64,000 nucleotides of DNA from Octopus sinensis (Eukaryota). The stretch spans positions 18,240,464 to 18,304,463 of the forward strand of contig NC_043011.1 in NCBI RefSeq assembly GCF_006345805.1, read 5' to 3'. A model generated the notes under the pieces. The model was not told the DNA's origin, did not search any database, and saw nothing but the letters and a program-made list of their open reading frames with translations. This document shows, one piece after another, positions 27,201 to 42,134 of this stretch (its first letter is position 1; every line of letters begins with the position of its first letter). The translations under genes and the position numbers were made by a program.

Positions 27201-29904
27201 GATGCATATATTTTTTTATATAGTATTTATATATGTCACATGGGCGGAAATATAGCTGATAATTGTGATGTACATAGTTTATTAGACATATAATAACAAC
27301 GAAGAAACTGAAATCGCTAATGTAACCACGTATAAGAACAGAAGAAAAAATATGGTGGGTGTTGCTGCAATATTTATAAACTCCGGTGTTTATTGTTTCC
27401 GCTGAATTGAATTGGAAATCAAAATGCAACGCCGACAGATAACGCAACCGTAATAAACAGTTTTTAATTTGCGTAAACATAACGCAATTAAGTGTACTCC
27501 TGAAAACTGCTGGGTTTGCAGTGCCCTATTACACTTCGAAAATCTACGTCAGTTTAGTAAAATAAGCACGATAGAGAACCATACCTAAGGAACAAATGAT
27601 ACAAACTGCTTTTTGCGTTTAACGTTTTGATTTGCTTTTTATATCATTATAGCGATAATATAGTACAGTAGCTGTCATACCAGCTCACAACTGCTAGACA
27701 GGGTGATGACATTTCTGTGACAAGAGTACATTTCACTGTACAAACAAGAAATATTTCACACACACACAGACATGCACACATACGCACAAATTCGCGCGCA
27801 AATATATAAAAATTTACGCACACAAACATACGCACTTCTAATCAGGAATTAATGCTCTTTAAGCATCAGTTGCTACGATTATAGTAATAAAATTTACAGG
27901 AACTTTAACTCTGCACATGTGTTCGTAGGTCCAAGAATTGAATTATCTGTGCACGATTACGTATGTAAATATGTGTAGGTGCCTGCTAGTGTCAAAATAT
28001 ACCAACTCGATTATTAGAACTCTTGAATGTGGGCCTTGCATTATAGTAGCTATCCACATGCTTCAATACCATAGATTATATGACACAGCGCAACAGGTTC
28101 TTCATTTTTCTTTTCTTTATTTCTTTCTTTGTTATCTTTCCATTCCTTCTTTTATCCAGACGTGTGAACACCCCGAAGTCCTATTGCTCTAACTTTACTT
28201 CATAACATTTTTATATTTATTGATACTATTGTCCATTTTGTTATAACTCATTCTGATTCTGAGTTTTACTCTAGTGGTACTGTTGGTCTTTCCTATTAAA
28301 TATTCTCCTCCGACGGTAAAAATTATTCCTATATTTATAGGTTTAGTGCAAAAACACAGAACTAGAATTATACCTTTCCAATGCAAGATTTACTACAAAA
28401 TATTTATTCGTTCTTTTGTTTTTTGGTTTCAGTATTCTCAATGAGACTTTGTGTGTTGGAAAATAATCTGGTCGCATATCGTGAAGGCATTAGGCGAAAA
28501 GTGATCGCACGCTCAGGTTCAAATCTCCATTTATTATTCCTCTATTTCTTAACTATTTAACGAAACAATTCATTGTTTGTCTAATCATTTGGCAAATCAA
28601 TCTAGCAATTGTGAATCATGAAGTCTGTTTGTTGCATTTGTCGATGATGTTCCCTCTTAGCTTTATGAGGGAATGTTATTTACAACGTTGTATAATTTGT
28701 AGCACATGTCCACTTGTGATGTTATTTGCGTTTATGCATGTTACTTGTAATGTAATTATAATTTTAGCATATCACAAAACATTATTGTTTTGTGATATGT
28801 TCTTGAATATTAGATGCGTGAGTATAATTTCCATTCAGTTTTAAATGAAAGTTAGAAAACATAAAATTAATACAGAGATGATGTCATTGGATGGAATTCA
28901 TTAATTCTTTACAATTTTGATGATGATAGTGAAGGATATCACAATACAGATTTCATTTGAAAAGTTAGAAGGCTTCATCAGCAATTTAAGTAAACTATAA
29001 TAATCTATTACTAACAAAACACTTGATGCTTAGAAACAGCATTAAACATAATTTTGAGGTGTATATTATAAATTAATTAACAATGCAGTTAATATCTCCA
29101 TATTGTATAACTAAAACGTAAGTAGACACTGATCGATCCAGTGCTAATTAACTTGACATATGGAGAATGAAAATGCATATATATAATATATAATATATAA
29201 ATTTGAAATCGATATTTCAGTGAGAAACACGAAGTCAGCAGTACAAATTTTAAAGAAACAACCAACTGCAATCATTGTCTTTTAACATAATAGTTTTCTC
29301 CGGAAACATAATCACTTCAGATTCACCTTCTTGAATGTTAAATCTTACAGAGCATCGCAATTTAATTCAAGCTATTTCTACATCTAAATATCTTTAATTG
29401 GATAATTCAGTATTTTACACTTCATTATACAATGAAAAAATTTCCTATTAAGTGAGAAAATTAGATGTCGTTGTATGCAGGTGTATGTTCATGTTGCAGC
29501 GGGAAACAAAATGCTTGAGAGAATTAGGAATAAGTAGCTTGATTGGTAGAAATATTGAGTTACCACGACAGATTGAGAGAGAACGCCACAATGGAGTTCT
29601 CTCTTAATATATAGTAAGAATATAGATCAGACATTTGATCCAATTACTTTTAATTGCTTGCGTATTTTAGCATTTTTTCAGTATATCAGAGATCTTTTAA
29701 TTTATTGGTGTATGTTTATATTTACAAATTTACGTATCTGTCGTTACGTGGTGGCATGAAGATAGAATGTGGGGTTTCCGAAGAATTTAATTGCAATATA
29801 ACTTGGCATGGTGTATTAAATTATCTGGGTGCCAAAAAGTACAACCGATAAAAGGATAGCAGCAATACACGCCACAATAATGATAACAACAATTGTAATA
29901 ATCG

Positions 29905-30117
29905 TTACTGCAATAGGCACAAGGTCTGCAATGGTTGGGAGAAGGGAATCGTCGATTACTTCGACCCAAAGCTCAAATGGAACGCTCAACTGTCGACCCA
30001 GAAAAGAGGAACGGCAAAGTCAGCTTCTGCAGTATTTGAACTGAGAACGTAAAGACTGATGAAATCCTGCTAAGCATTTTGCCCAGCGTGCTATACATCC
30101 AGCCAGCACACCACCTT
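29905..30117 (-). mobile_element. SINE family C copy followed by (AAT)n
   Basis: GGCAAAGTC..ATTTGAACTGAGAACGTAAAGAC..GCTAAGCATTTTGCCCAGCGTGCTA. Confidence 0.8.
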
Positions 30118-30127
30118 AATAATAATA

Positions 30128-30186
<59 letters not shown>

Positions 30187-30718
30187 CCTTTCTACCTTAG
30201 GCCTGAAATTTGTGGGGAGAAGACGTGACGATTAAATCGACCCTAGCGTTTCAGTCGTTCTTAATCTATCGACACCGAAAGGAAGAAGGCAAAGTCAACC
30301 TCGGCGGAATTTGAACTCAGAACGTAGTGACAGGTGAAATACCTATTTCTTTATTACCCACAAGGGGCTAAACATAGAAGGGACAAACAAGGACAGACAT
30401 AGGTATTAAGCCGATTACATCGACCCCAGTGCGTAAGTGGTACTTAATTTATCGACCCCGAAAGGATGAAAGGCAAAGTCGACCTCGGCGGAATTTGAAC
30501 TCAGAACGTAACGGCAGAACGCTAAGCATTTCGCACAGAAATTGGAGGGGGGTAGTCGAATAGATCGACACAATTACGCAACAGGTACTTAATTTATCGA
30601 ACCCGAAAGGATAAATGGCAAAGTCGACCTCTTCGGAATTTTAACGCAGAACACAAAGACAGGCGAATCACCGCTTAGCATTTCGCCCGGCGTGCTAACG
30701 TTTCTGCCACTTCACCGC
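30187..30718 (-). mobile_element. Array of three nested or tandem SINE family C copies
   Basis: ATCGAC.CCGAAAGGA..GGCAAAGTC.ACCTC..CGGAATTT occurs three times (~30270, ~30450, ~30597). The middle copy carries the same tail as 42915-42976. Confidence 0.88.
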
Positions 30719-30720
30719 AT

Positions 30721-30822
30721 TAATAATACTAATAAGAATAACAATAATATTAATAATAATAACAGCAACAACAACAACAACAACATAATAATAATAATAA
30801 TAATAATAACAATAATAATAAC

Positions 30823-30869
<47 letters not shown>

Positions 30870-31220
30870 TAATAATAATAACAAGAACAATAATAATAAT
30901 AATAACAATAATAATACTAATAATATTAATAATAATAATAATAACAATGATAATAACAATAATAATAATATAATAATAATAATAATATAATAATAACAAT
31001 AATAATAATAACAGCAACAACAACAACAATAATAATAATAATAATAATAATAATATTAATAATAATAATAATAACAATGATAATAACAATAATAATAATA
31101 ATATTAATAATAACAATAATAATAAGAATAACAATAACAATAATAATAATAATAATGATAATAATATTAATAATAATAATGATGATGGTGATGATGATGA
31201 CGATGGTGATGGTGATGCAA
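30721..31220. repeat. ~500-bp (AAT)n/(AAC)n/(GAT)n microsatellite
   Basis: Directly visible; source of the poly-I and poly-L ORFs. Confidence 0.95.
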
Positions 31221-32629
31221 ATAATGAAGCGTGTATTGAAAAAATGCTAATGATTTGAATAAGAAAACCTATCAACATATTTCCTTTTGTTTGCTACTAT
31301 GACATGACAAAAACAACAAGTTGACGAAGAACGGGACAACGACAGAATTTAATTGAATGTGTTAATCTGGTATTATTCGTCCTTCGATGCCATAAGTTAA
31401 TTCTGTTCGCTTTCATTGTTCTTATTTTCTTCCTTGGCTGTTCAAGTCAAGTGGAAATTGCGATTGAAATAAGTGGTGTGCGTGTCTTTCATTAGGCAGT
31501 ACTTAATAAATGTGTAATTGAAAGTTGGCAAGGTTGAATGAAGTACCTGTAGTCGGCAAAATAACTAACGCAGGAAGCAGAGTGAAGGTTGAGAAAGGGG
31601 ATTACTGAAGGCTCTAGGCCATAATATGATGAAGGATAAAGAAAAATAAGAAGGAAATACAGATAAAGTTTAATTTATAAAATTTAATTAATCACATGAT
31701 GCTAATTAATATCGAAACTAAGATTAATGAATTTTGTAAAATAAATTTATAGAGCTTAGATCCTTAATGTATCATTAATGCACGATATATTATATTTGCG
31801 TTCCCAAATGGATAATTAAGTTGTTGATGGAATAAATGAGTATAAGCGACAAGCCTAATGATGGTGAGGTCGTGGATGGCTGTGGTGGAGTAGGGGAAAA
31901 TGCTGATACTGACGACGAAGACGTTGATGATGATGATGATGATGATGATGCGCTGCATGATATAGGAACCTATTTCTGAACCTAGCCTTTTGAAAGTGAA
32001 CGATGGTCCATAAGTATCGTATTGGTTGATAAAAACAAATTTCATCATATTTAATCAATGTAATTGTTATATTTCGAGATGGTTGTTTTAATTATTTGTT
32101 CATTTTATTTATTTATTATTTACTTTTTTCGAAATTAACGCGAGCACTATGTATTTGTTCTTCTCTAGTTTATTATTGTTCTTAAGTTATCTTACGTCCA
32201 TTGTCGTGAGATCTTTTGTTCGGAATGAACTAAACAGAACAGGAAGATACATGTAGAGTTGAATAGTTGCTGAAGGGTTCACAGAAGTGTGACGAAAGAT
32301 TTACATCCATGCAATGGATATTAGATATTTCGTTTTTGCATTTGGTTTGCAAGATTCTTTATGAGAGTCCGTGTGTTGAAGCATATTCTTTTGTGTCTGG
32401 GGTGAGTCATTTTATTTGTGTGCCCTATAACTAAACACACTCACCGGTAAAATTTCCACTTATTTCTTATTTTTATTTTCTTTAAATTTTCGTTGCGTTT
32501 TGCAACTTTTTCAAGTCTTGCAACCTTTTCAATAGCCAAGATTATTGAAAATGTTGCAAGACATTTGAAAATATTTTTGTCCATTCAGTTTTATAAAAAA
32601 TATCTTCTGGTAACAGCAGTGGATAATTG

Positions 32630-34465
32630 TTCATTTTTGAACAGTCATTTAAACCGGTCGAAGAATCGGCACACAAACCTAATTTTCTTTTTTTTTATAT
32701 ACATACAGTCTGAGGTACTTATTTCGCGTAATGCACTTTCTGAATAATTCCGCCTGTTTCTAGTCTGTCCAACTCATCATTCCCTAACTCGCAAACGGAA
32801 CATTCCTATTAGACTTGAACACATGTGGGACATTATCATGTAATTCAGAAACGCATAAACCTAGTTTGCCCGAGAGTACTTACGGAAACATTAAAAAAAA
32901 TGTCTCTTTAACTCTTCGGACGAATTATTCTTAGGACAGCCATTTACGTTTTTACAATAGAGATTCACGAGGTGGTCCCATAAATCGAATAATTCTAACA
33001 AATCGGTACCAAACAGATCGGCTGCATTTTTAACAACAAAGACTTTCGCCTTGCATGTAATCCCTAGTAATGTGACGTTTGGCCACATTTCACCTAATTT
33101 GTCACCCGTCATGCTACAAGTAGATCTCTCTGATATTCTCCACATAGATTTCACTATTTCTTTTTGAATGTGTCCATATTTACTATTGAAATATCACTCC
33201 CAGTATCCAGTTCAATTTTAATATGTAATCCATTTATTATTACATGTACGAATTTTCTTATTTGGGAGTCGATTTTTGTTTCTGGTGTGAGCTCTCTAGT
33301 ATTTTGAACGTCTGACCTTCGTAAATTTGTCCTGCAGTGCGAAATTTTGTGACCAATTCTTTCGCAATTGTAACATTTTTGATTTCTAAATGGACCGTCT
33401 TTTCTGAAATGCCCCTACATCCATAACAGGGATTCGGACGTGGGGTTGCTTTTTGGTTGTACTTTTCCAGTCGGCATATCTGCATTTTTGAGGAATACTT
33501 CTCTTGATTTTTTTTTCTTCATCTTGTTTCAGGTTTACACTCATTTCGCATTCTTCTGCCACGGATTATAAGGTCTTATGCGGGTTCACTTGTTCAAGTT
33601 AGAAAGAATTCTTGCTAGAATTTCTGTATCTTCGATTGCTATAGGGCCTTTGTTCGAAAATAATCACTTGAACATTTTAGGTGTAAGATCTTTGAGATTA
33701 AAACTTCCACACATTTTGTTGACTCTGCGTATGTGATAAAATAATTATTCTAACTTTTAATTATAGTCCAAGAGTCATTCATGTGTTAAATAGAGAAGTT
33801 TATTACCGAATATGTTAGACAGTAATACCATTGTCTTTACAACACATTGCATTGGCGTTTTTTACGCAATATGAACTTATAATAACGTTCATGTTCTAAC
33901 GGAGCTAATTTTAGCAATACCAATCTCACTTTTTGTTCGTTCGACCGTAATGTGCAATCTTGCTTTAAAATCTCCGCGTATCTTCTGTAGTACGACACAA
34001 AGTTTATACCCTCCTCTGGCTTATAACTGAATTGAATAATCGAGTTCGAAACGCAATCTGGCAAAAACGAACTTCCGTCACACTTCAACTTCTTTGTATC
34101 TAGCTTTAGTTGTAGTTGTTGCGGCAACTCCTGTTGCTGGTTTTGTTGCTTTTCCAACTGTACTATGTAAGCCACTGGGTCTTTCATTATTTAACAAGTT
34201 CTATGACTAACAAATTGCTAAACAAAAGTACGTCGTCTTCGAAACCCTCAGCACCAAATGTTATAACGTAATTTAGTACGTACTATAAATAAGATACCAA
34301 CACGAATATAATAACAATGTAACGAACTAAGAAATCACTTTGCAATCCAACAATCAATATTACTTGTGATCGAGCCAACCGACACATTCCAATTTCACTG
34401 CGAACTAACACGAACTCACTCGGAGTATTACTTATACTTTACTCGGACCAGACTATATAAATAAA
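32630..34465 (-). mobile_element. Decayed Ty3/Gypsy LTR retrotransposon, 5' half (LTR remnant, PBS, gag, protease, start of RT)
   Basis: Minus strand: LTR ends ..TATAACA at 34259, then PBS-like TGGTGCTGAGGG (34245-34256); gag FSYKPEEGINFVSYYRRYAEI..KVRLVLLKL; zinc knuckle CYNCERIGHKISHC; protease IELDTGSDISIVN; RT start NDELDRLETGGIIQKV..LCADSSTGLNDC. Confidence 0.88.
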
Positions 34466-34487
34466 CACACGCACGCACGCACACACA

Positions 34488-34546
<59 letters not shown>

Positions 34547-34699
34547 CACGCACACAAACACATACATACTGCACACGCACATGCACAACACGCGCATACT
34601 CCCACAAACACACCTGCATATATATATATATATATACGTATCTCTCACTATCTCTTTCTCTCTCTCTCTCTCTTTCTGTATATATTCTCTTTAACTCTC

Positions 34700-34895
34700 T
34701 CTCTTTTACTTGTTTCAGTCATTTGGGTGTGGCCATGATAGATCACTGCCTTTAGTCGAGCTACTCGGCTCCAGGACTTATTCTTTGTAAGCCTGGTACT
34801 TATTCTAAGTTAAGGGGATGTAAACACACCAACATCGGTTGTCAAGCAATGTTGGTGAGATAAACACAGACATACACATACATATACATATACAT

Positions 34896-34968
<73 letters not shown>

Positions 34969-35120
34969 TCACATATATACAACGGTCTTCTTTCAGTTTC
35001 CGTCTACCAAATCCACTCACAAGGCATTGGTCGGCTCGAGGCTATAGTAGAAGACACTTGTCCAAGGTGCCAAACAGTGGGACTGAACCCGGAAGCTACT
35101 TACCACACAGCCACTCATCC
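34700..35120 (-). mobile_element. SINE family A, near full length with internal (TA/CA)n
   Basis: Reverse complement of head (GGGACTGAACCCGGAA..TACCACACAGCCACTC), internal microsatellite and tail in collinear order. Confidence 0.88.
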
Positions 35121-35129
35121 TATATATAA

Positions 35130-35160
<31 letters not shown>

Positions 35161-35839
35161 TGTATGTATGTATGTATGCATGTATGTATGTATACAACCA
35201 TCTATAGAGACACACACATACACACATATAAATCTAAAACAGGAAAAGTTCAACAGACACCAAAAAACATAACAGAATCTTATTGAATATATACAATAGG
35301 AAGTATTAATATAGATTTAGCATATCTGTCAGCGTGTTAACCTTTTACTCATTTGCGTATCACAATTACCGACACAGAGGTACATTATTTATAAAACAAC
35401 ACCTACACGGATTCTAACATGCTCCAAACAAAACAGAAAAACACAAGTTTTAGAGTACCCCAATAACACTTTACAAAATTACACGCACGCACACGCACAC
35501 AAATACACACACATACACACATATTTTTATACCTTATCATGAATAATGTCTAAGGCGCCAAATATCACGTTGACATGTGTTTATCTTTGTCAGTATTTTT
35601 TCTCAGCCCTATCTGCTTGGTTTTCTTTTTATATTCATATATGTCAAAATTTCATTGTTATCTATTTGCTCACAGTGTACAGTAAATTTATTTCAGTTTG
35701 TATTTTTTCAGATGTTTACGCCCGGGAACATATAAAAATGAAAACAATTCAAGAATCATATATGGATCACGCACACAGATGCTATGGATACACAAATACA
35801 TCTGCATACATATATGCATTTGTTGATGTATGTGTACAC

Positions 35840-35906
35840 ACACACACATATATATATATTCATATACATACATACATACATATATATATAATTTTATACT
35901 CACATA

Positions 35907-35945
<39 letters not shown>

Positions 35946-36056
35946 TATACTTACATATATATGTGTATATATATATATATATATAATATATATATATATA
36001 TACTTATATATATACATATATATCCGTATATGTGCATAAACACTGTTTCTGTGTAG

Positions 36057-36104
<48 letters not shown>

Positions 36105-36200
36105 TATAAATGTACACACATATATAGGTATACACACATGCACACACATATTTATATATATATATGTTACATATATATGTATAAATATACACAGACACAG
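35840..36200. repeat. (TA)n/(CA)n microsatellite
   Basis: Directly visible. Confidence 0.92.
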
Positions 36201-37719
36201 CCACACCTACATATGTATATATTCTTTATCTGAATTAAAATGCTTCGCAATGAAGCATTGTAACAGCTTCATATATCTCAATTTTATCTCTTTCTTATTA
36301 GTAAGGAAATACGTCAATATCTGCAACACCCTTTAATGTATCTACCACTACACACGTATTTCTTTCCCTGTCGTATTTTTCAGTTTTTTTTAGAACAGTT
36401 AAAATCCATAGAGTTTCTCGCTCAGCTACCCTGCCGATCAGATAAGTAATGAATAAAAAAAATATTTCTAATTCCAATTTTACTGCGGGATTATTAATGG
36501 CACACATTTGCAAATACGTCACATTTATTATGTAACAGCTTATCTAAAGCATTTTATCTTTCGTAAAGCAGAGAATATATGTATTCACATACATGACAAT
36601 TTTTTCTTTGTGCGTAAATATCTTTTATTAAATGCAACGTTGTTAAATGTTTGAAGCTTTATTGTTTAACACTTAAGTGGAATAAGATTTAGTTGATCAG
36701 TAAATTTGAAAATGGTGAATGAATACACGGATACCTAATATTAGTTATTCACTTAGCAATTTATAAAGGAGACCTTTCCAATTCCTTTTTACCAAGTGAA
36801 AGATAATTGTTGTCCCATATGTGTTTACACAAATATATACAAATTCATGCTTCGTATTATATGGAAAATTGATTCAGATTCTCCACAAAATGTATTACTG
36901 AGGTCCTTATGTTACAGACCAAAGCATCAAATAATTGATGAACTGCGTATTTCAGCACAAATGCAATAACCAAATCACTATGTCAAATCATGCAAATTAT
37001 CATTATCATTTCAAACAACATTATCATTTGAAACAACATTATTATTTGAAACAAAAAATTACCAGAGGGAATGGAAAATATCCCAGTGCGGTGAATAAAA
37101 CGCAGCTAACAAGCGGAAATGATTAATAAAAGATTGACGCACTTTTCCCTCAACAGGAGTTTTCTTAGAATAGGCAGTATGGAAGCCCGTGCACCAGGGA
37201 CGGCAAGGGGTTTCATCTGCAAAATCCATAGCAGTTTATTATACATACAATTGGTAGTCGTAGAATCGTCGCAGAATATTTGATGCGTGAGCCTTTGCGG
37301 TCATATTTGTGTCTCTCATTGGCCATATGCTTCTTTACTAGTTCCAAGATTCAAGCAGGATATGCTGAAGCTAAAATCCGACGAAGAAAATGAATCAATT
37401 AGCCTTCACACTCGATTCTTAGTGAGACAGATTCATACCGTCCGCAGAGCTGCTAAATTATTTTGTGATCTAGTTTGATGTAGGTCTCCAAGGGGTAACC
37501 TAAAATTGCGTGACGTGCAGCTTGACCAATCTGTCCTAGAAACGAGCCGAGAAACGGTTATTGTCGAAAGGAGAGAATTAGTGAAGTTAACATTTAGTGT
37601 TATGCACACTATATATTAATGGATCTAAGAAATGAATTTTAAAGCTTAAAGTTGCATTGTTTTAGCATTAAATACATATTTGAAACGTATTCATATAGTT
37701 ATAGAGCAACGATAATAGA

Positions 37720-37738
37720 TATACTTATGTATATGTAT

Positions 37739-37800
<62 letters not shown>

Positions 37801-37894
37801 TATAGATAGATAGATTGATATATACATATATATATATATAGATAGATAGATACATATATATACATACATATATATATATACATATTATATATAC

Positions 37895-37943
<49 letters not shown>

Positions 37944-37998
37944 CATATACATATACATATATATATATACATATATATACATACACATATATATACAT

Positions 37999-38065
<67 letters not shown>
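37720..38065. repeat. (TA)n/(TACA)n/(TAGA)n microsatellite
   Basis: Directly visible. Confidence 0.92.
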
Positions 38066-38066
<1 letters not shown>

Positions 38067-38365
38067 AGATGTGTGTATTTTTCCCTTGTTAACAATTAAC
38101 ACAGAAAAAATAGATAAATAGTCACCAGCGTAGCAAAAAGTCACACAAGTAAAGATGTTGTAAAACTCCGTGTATATATAAACATATATATATGTACACA
38201 CATATGAAGCTGTATACCGTAATTTGCCATTTATAAAGTCGTAGATCAAGACGAATGCTTGCGAAACGTAGTATATTTTAACGAGATACGTTTTGAAGTC
38301 ATAGAGGTGATATATATACACCGACAGAAACACCCAAACCATACACACAATATCCCACCTGCGAG

Positions 38366-38434
<69 letters not shown>

Positions 38435-39734
38435 TCATGAATATTTTTTGCGTAATGAGATATTAGAGCATATATAGATAGAATGTCTCACAGCTGTTTC
38501 TAGAATATCAATTAATAATATCCCTTCATCGGAGACGGTATGAGAGGAAAAAATTAAGTCATAGTTAGTTTCCATGTGATACAAATAGAGAGTAAGGTGG
38601 AGGAAGAAAAATAGATGTAATATATGTATGTAATATATATATATATATATATATATATTCAGAGATAAAAGATGAACCGAGATTGAGAGAAATGCTGGAG
38701 AAAAGTGAGTCCTCTACTGGAGAAGGAAAATTGTAATGGATAGTTACATCCACGACAAGTGCATATTTTCGATACGACGTATATATTATCGTGAACAGAA
38801 TGAGCAAAGGCATATTTTATCAAAAAAGAACACTATACAATTGTATATGATGCCTTATAACGATTTTTAGTTCGGAATATATAATATAATTTTGCTGTAT
38901 AAATTCAACATAGACACAAATCATGAATATTAATTATTCGTGGTAGATATTAACTGAAATATTGTTTACAGAATATGAATAAAATGCCATTCGATATGTG
39001 AGAACACTGTTTATGTAAAATGCTTGGTTTGACACAAATGAGAAATGTTAAGCCTGTCAATTCTAATTCGGTTACACGTGGATATGCATATATATATGTC
39101 TCTATATATTTCCGTTAGGAATCATCGAGGAAACGTATACTTAAATACAATATCTGCTGGAATTACCATCGGAATATGCCAAATATCACAACTCAGCGTC
39201 GTCAGTAATGATGAAAAATGTGGAAGTCTAATCTATTATACATAGATGCGTGTGTGCGTGTGTGTGTGTGTGTGTAAGAGGGACACAGTCGGAAGACATT
39301 TATATATTGATGACATGTCATCGCAAAAGGCAACTGAATTATGTTGGATATTAAAGAAATACTTGTAGAAATATCATTGTTGAGAAAACTCACTGAAATA
39401 CAGGGCTTTCATTATTTATTTGCGTTCCTACGTAAATGAAGATTTTGATGGAAATATGAAGTTATTTGTACAAAAATATTTCCTTCTTTTCGTACTTAAT
39501 ATGTCTGCCATCTAAATAGTCGGTGGCCATCGTATCAACATACTAGGTAGAATATGATCACAGCAGTCCAAAGCAGTGAATAATACATGTAAAAATGGAA
39601 AATCAGTGCATAATAGTTACACTAACTTGAGGTCCAGTTGCTTAACGTATGTCATAGTTTATTCTATGCACTACTATAGATATATAGATACACAGACACA
39701 GACACAGACACACACACACGCACACACATACACA

Positions 39735-39787
<53 letters not shown>

Positions 39788-39801
39788 AACATATAAGTAT
39801 T

Positions 39802-39914
39802 TGTATAAACATATAAGTATATGTATAGACTCTTCATGTATACGTACATATAGACGTATATGTATAAACATATAAGTATATGTATAGACTCTTCATGTAT
39901 ACGTACATATAGAC
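39802..39914. repeat. Tandem duplication, ~59-bp unit x ~1.9
   Basis: TGTATAAACATATAAGTATATGTATAGACTCTTCATGTATACGTACATATAGAC starts at 39802 and again at 39861. Confidence 0.9.
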
Positions 39915-41014
39915 ATCCATACATACATACATAGATATTGACATATAGATATATGTATACATGCACACACATACATTATAACGGTTACGATGCTTGGTAA
40001 ATAATGTAATATATTATAAATCAAAATTAGCCTGTATGAGAGAGGGAATAAGAATCAGAGTGACGCAGACATATTTGCACGCAATGAAGACAAAAGCAAG
40101 ATAGGCAAACGTTAAAAAAGCCCATCTCTTAATCAACGTTAATTGTTTGAAAACAAAATGCATATACAGAAATGTGCGTATACTATATTAGCGCAGTTAA
40201 TACTATATAATCATAATAATTCTCAACATCTTTCCAATCATTATCATCGCCAGTGAAATAAACATCAAGAGTATCCTGTTTGCAATAATGATTTCCAAAT
40301 AAATAAGTTTGACAAAGAGAAAAACTTTCTCAATAACCACAATACTAATACATATTTTATGTATCACTATCTGCCAAATGTCACATGTCTTCCGATTGAC
40401 CGTTGAAGGCATATTCAATGCATTGTAATAACTCAGTACCACAAGAGATAGCTGAAAGAAGTTATAAGGAGAAATTTTCTTCTCTCCGAGGTAATTTACT
40501 GTTCACAATACGTACACGGGCAAATAGAAGGAGTATGGATATTCCTTGCAAGATCCCAATTAATTTTCCCCATAGAATACATTTTTTTTCAATATACCAC
40601 CATTTGTTTTCAACAGCAACATTCAAATTTGAATAATTGTATTTATAAGGGAATTCGCCTCAAAAAGTTATGAGTTAATTTACGAATAAATGTACATTTT
40701 ACGGGCATCCTCCTATCACATTTTTATTCCACTAAGATACTTTAGCGGGTCCTCAGTTTCAAAGATTATATTTCTGATATGACATGGACATTGTTATATA
40801 AATCATGAGACTTAAACCTTATGAATGCGCGGTTTACAATATCTCTTCTTCTAAGACGCTTATGCGAAGCAGTTCTTAAAAAGTAACACCACAAATAATG
40901 AGGTAGAGTACTATCATTTTTATATCATTGTTCTCATCGTTGTTTTGTTATACTTAATGACTATCTGCAATCTCCAACACACATGCGCGCATACACACAT
41001 GAGCGTGCCTGCTC

Positions 41015-41400
41015 ACATGGTTCCGTGTTCAGTCCTACTGCCCTCCCAAGTTTCTTCTACAATAGCATCGGGATAACCAAAGCCTTGTGAGAGTGAATAG
41101 AATTGGTAGAGGGTAACATATATATATATATATATATATATGTATATGTATATGTATATATGTAATATACCACATATCTGTGCGTGTGTGTTTATATATG
41201 TTTATATATGTTTGCCCACCCACTTCACACTTTCAAAACCAGTGTAGGTGTGTTTACGTTACCGTAACTTAGCGTTCCAGAAGAAAAGTTCGTAAGAATA
41301 AGTACTGGTTTGAAAATTAAGCCCTGGTGTTCCCCTAAAATTCTTCAAAGCGGTGATCCAGTAAAACCGCAGTCAAACGATTGTAACAAATAAAAAGAAA
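41015..41400 (+). mobile_element. SINE family A, old diverged copy
   Basis: CACATGGTTCCGTGTTCAGTCC..ACCAAAGCCTTGTGAG..(TA)n..GTGTGTTTACGT..CCGTAACTTAGCG..GAATAAGTACT..CGCAGTCAAA. Confidence 0.75.
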
Positions 41401-41816
41401 AAATGTATAAAGGATATATATTTATAAATCGAATAAAGGTGTCATACTGTGAATTAATCTGGTATTCTGATCACATTCACAACTGCATTTCTAAGACACT
41501 TTCCTAAATATACAAGGCAATATAGGATTTTTGAGAGGTGTATGGTGGAATTATCATATGCCATTGAGAACCATATCCGTACGCTTATTATTAGAAAGTT
41601 AAATAAGACTATAAAAATATTATCTTGAATAGTTTCGGTGCAGAGAATACGAGACAAAGTAACGCTTTCAATTAATAACTATACACTAGAACTTGATATA
41701 GATAACATTATCACGGTTGTATAACTTATACAGAAAACAGGGTAAATGCTAATGAATATAGCACTGTGAATGATAGAATTATAAATAATGATAATAATAA
41801 TAATAATAATAATAAG

Positions 41817-42031
41817 CCTCCCCTCTCCAGACCACTGATGTTACCCAAGGGAAAGGTAAAGGCCGATACAGCTAGGCTCCAGTGATGTCGCAACACATTT
41901 CTATAGCTAACTAGATCAACGTGAAATAAAGTGTCTTGCTCAAGAACAAAACACGCGGCCCGGTGCGGGTATCGAACTCACAACCTCATGATCGTAAGCT
42001 CGACGCTCTAACCACTAAGCCATGCGCCTTC
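41817..42031 (-). mobile_element. tRNA-derived SINE inserted in an (AAT)n tract
   Basis: Minus strand head GAAGGCGCATGGCTTAGTGGTTAGAGCG..GAGTTCGATACC..TTCTTGAGCAAGACACTTTATTTCACGTTG is shared with the 26956 element; the 3' part differs. Confidence 0.82.
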
Positions 42032-42035
42032 TTTC

Positions 42036-42134
<99 letters not shown>

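Noticed and set aside
30187-30718. CRISPR-like repeat/spacer pattern
   Set aside because: The units are diverged SINE copies with irregular spacing in eukaryotic DNA; no cas genes.
30692-31278. Poly-Ile/Leu 'membrane protein' ORFs (also 18858-19151, 41936-42205, 56332-56613)
   Set aside because: Translations of (AAT)n/(ATT)n tracts.
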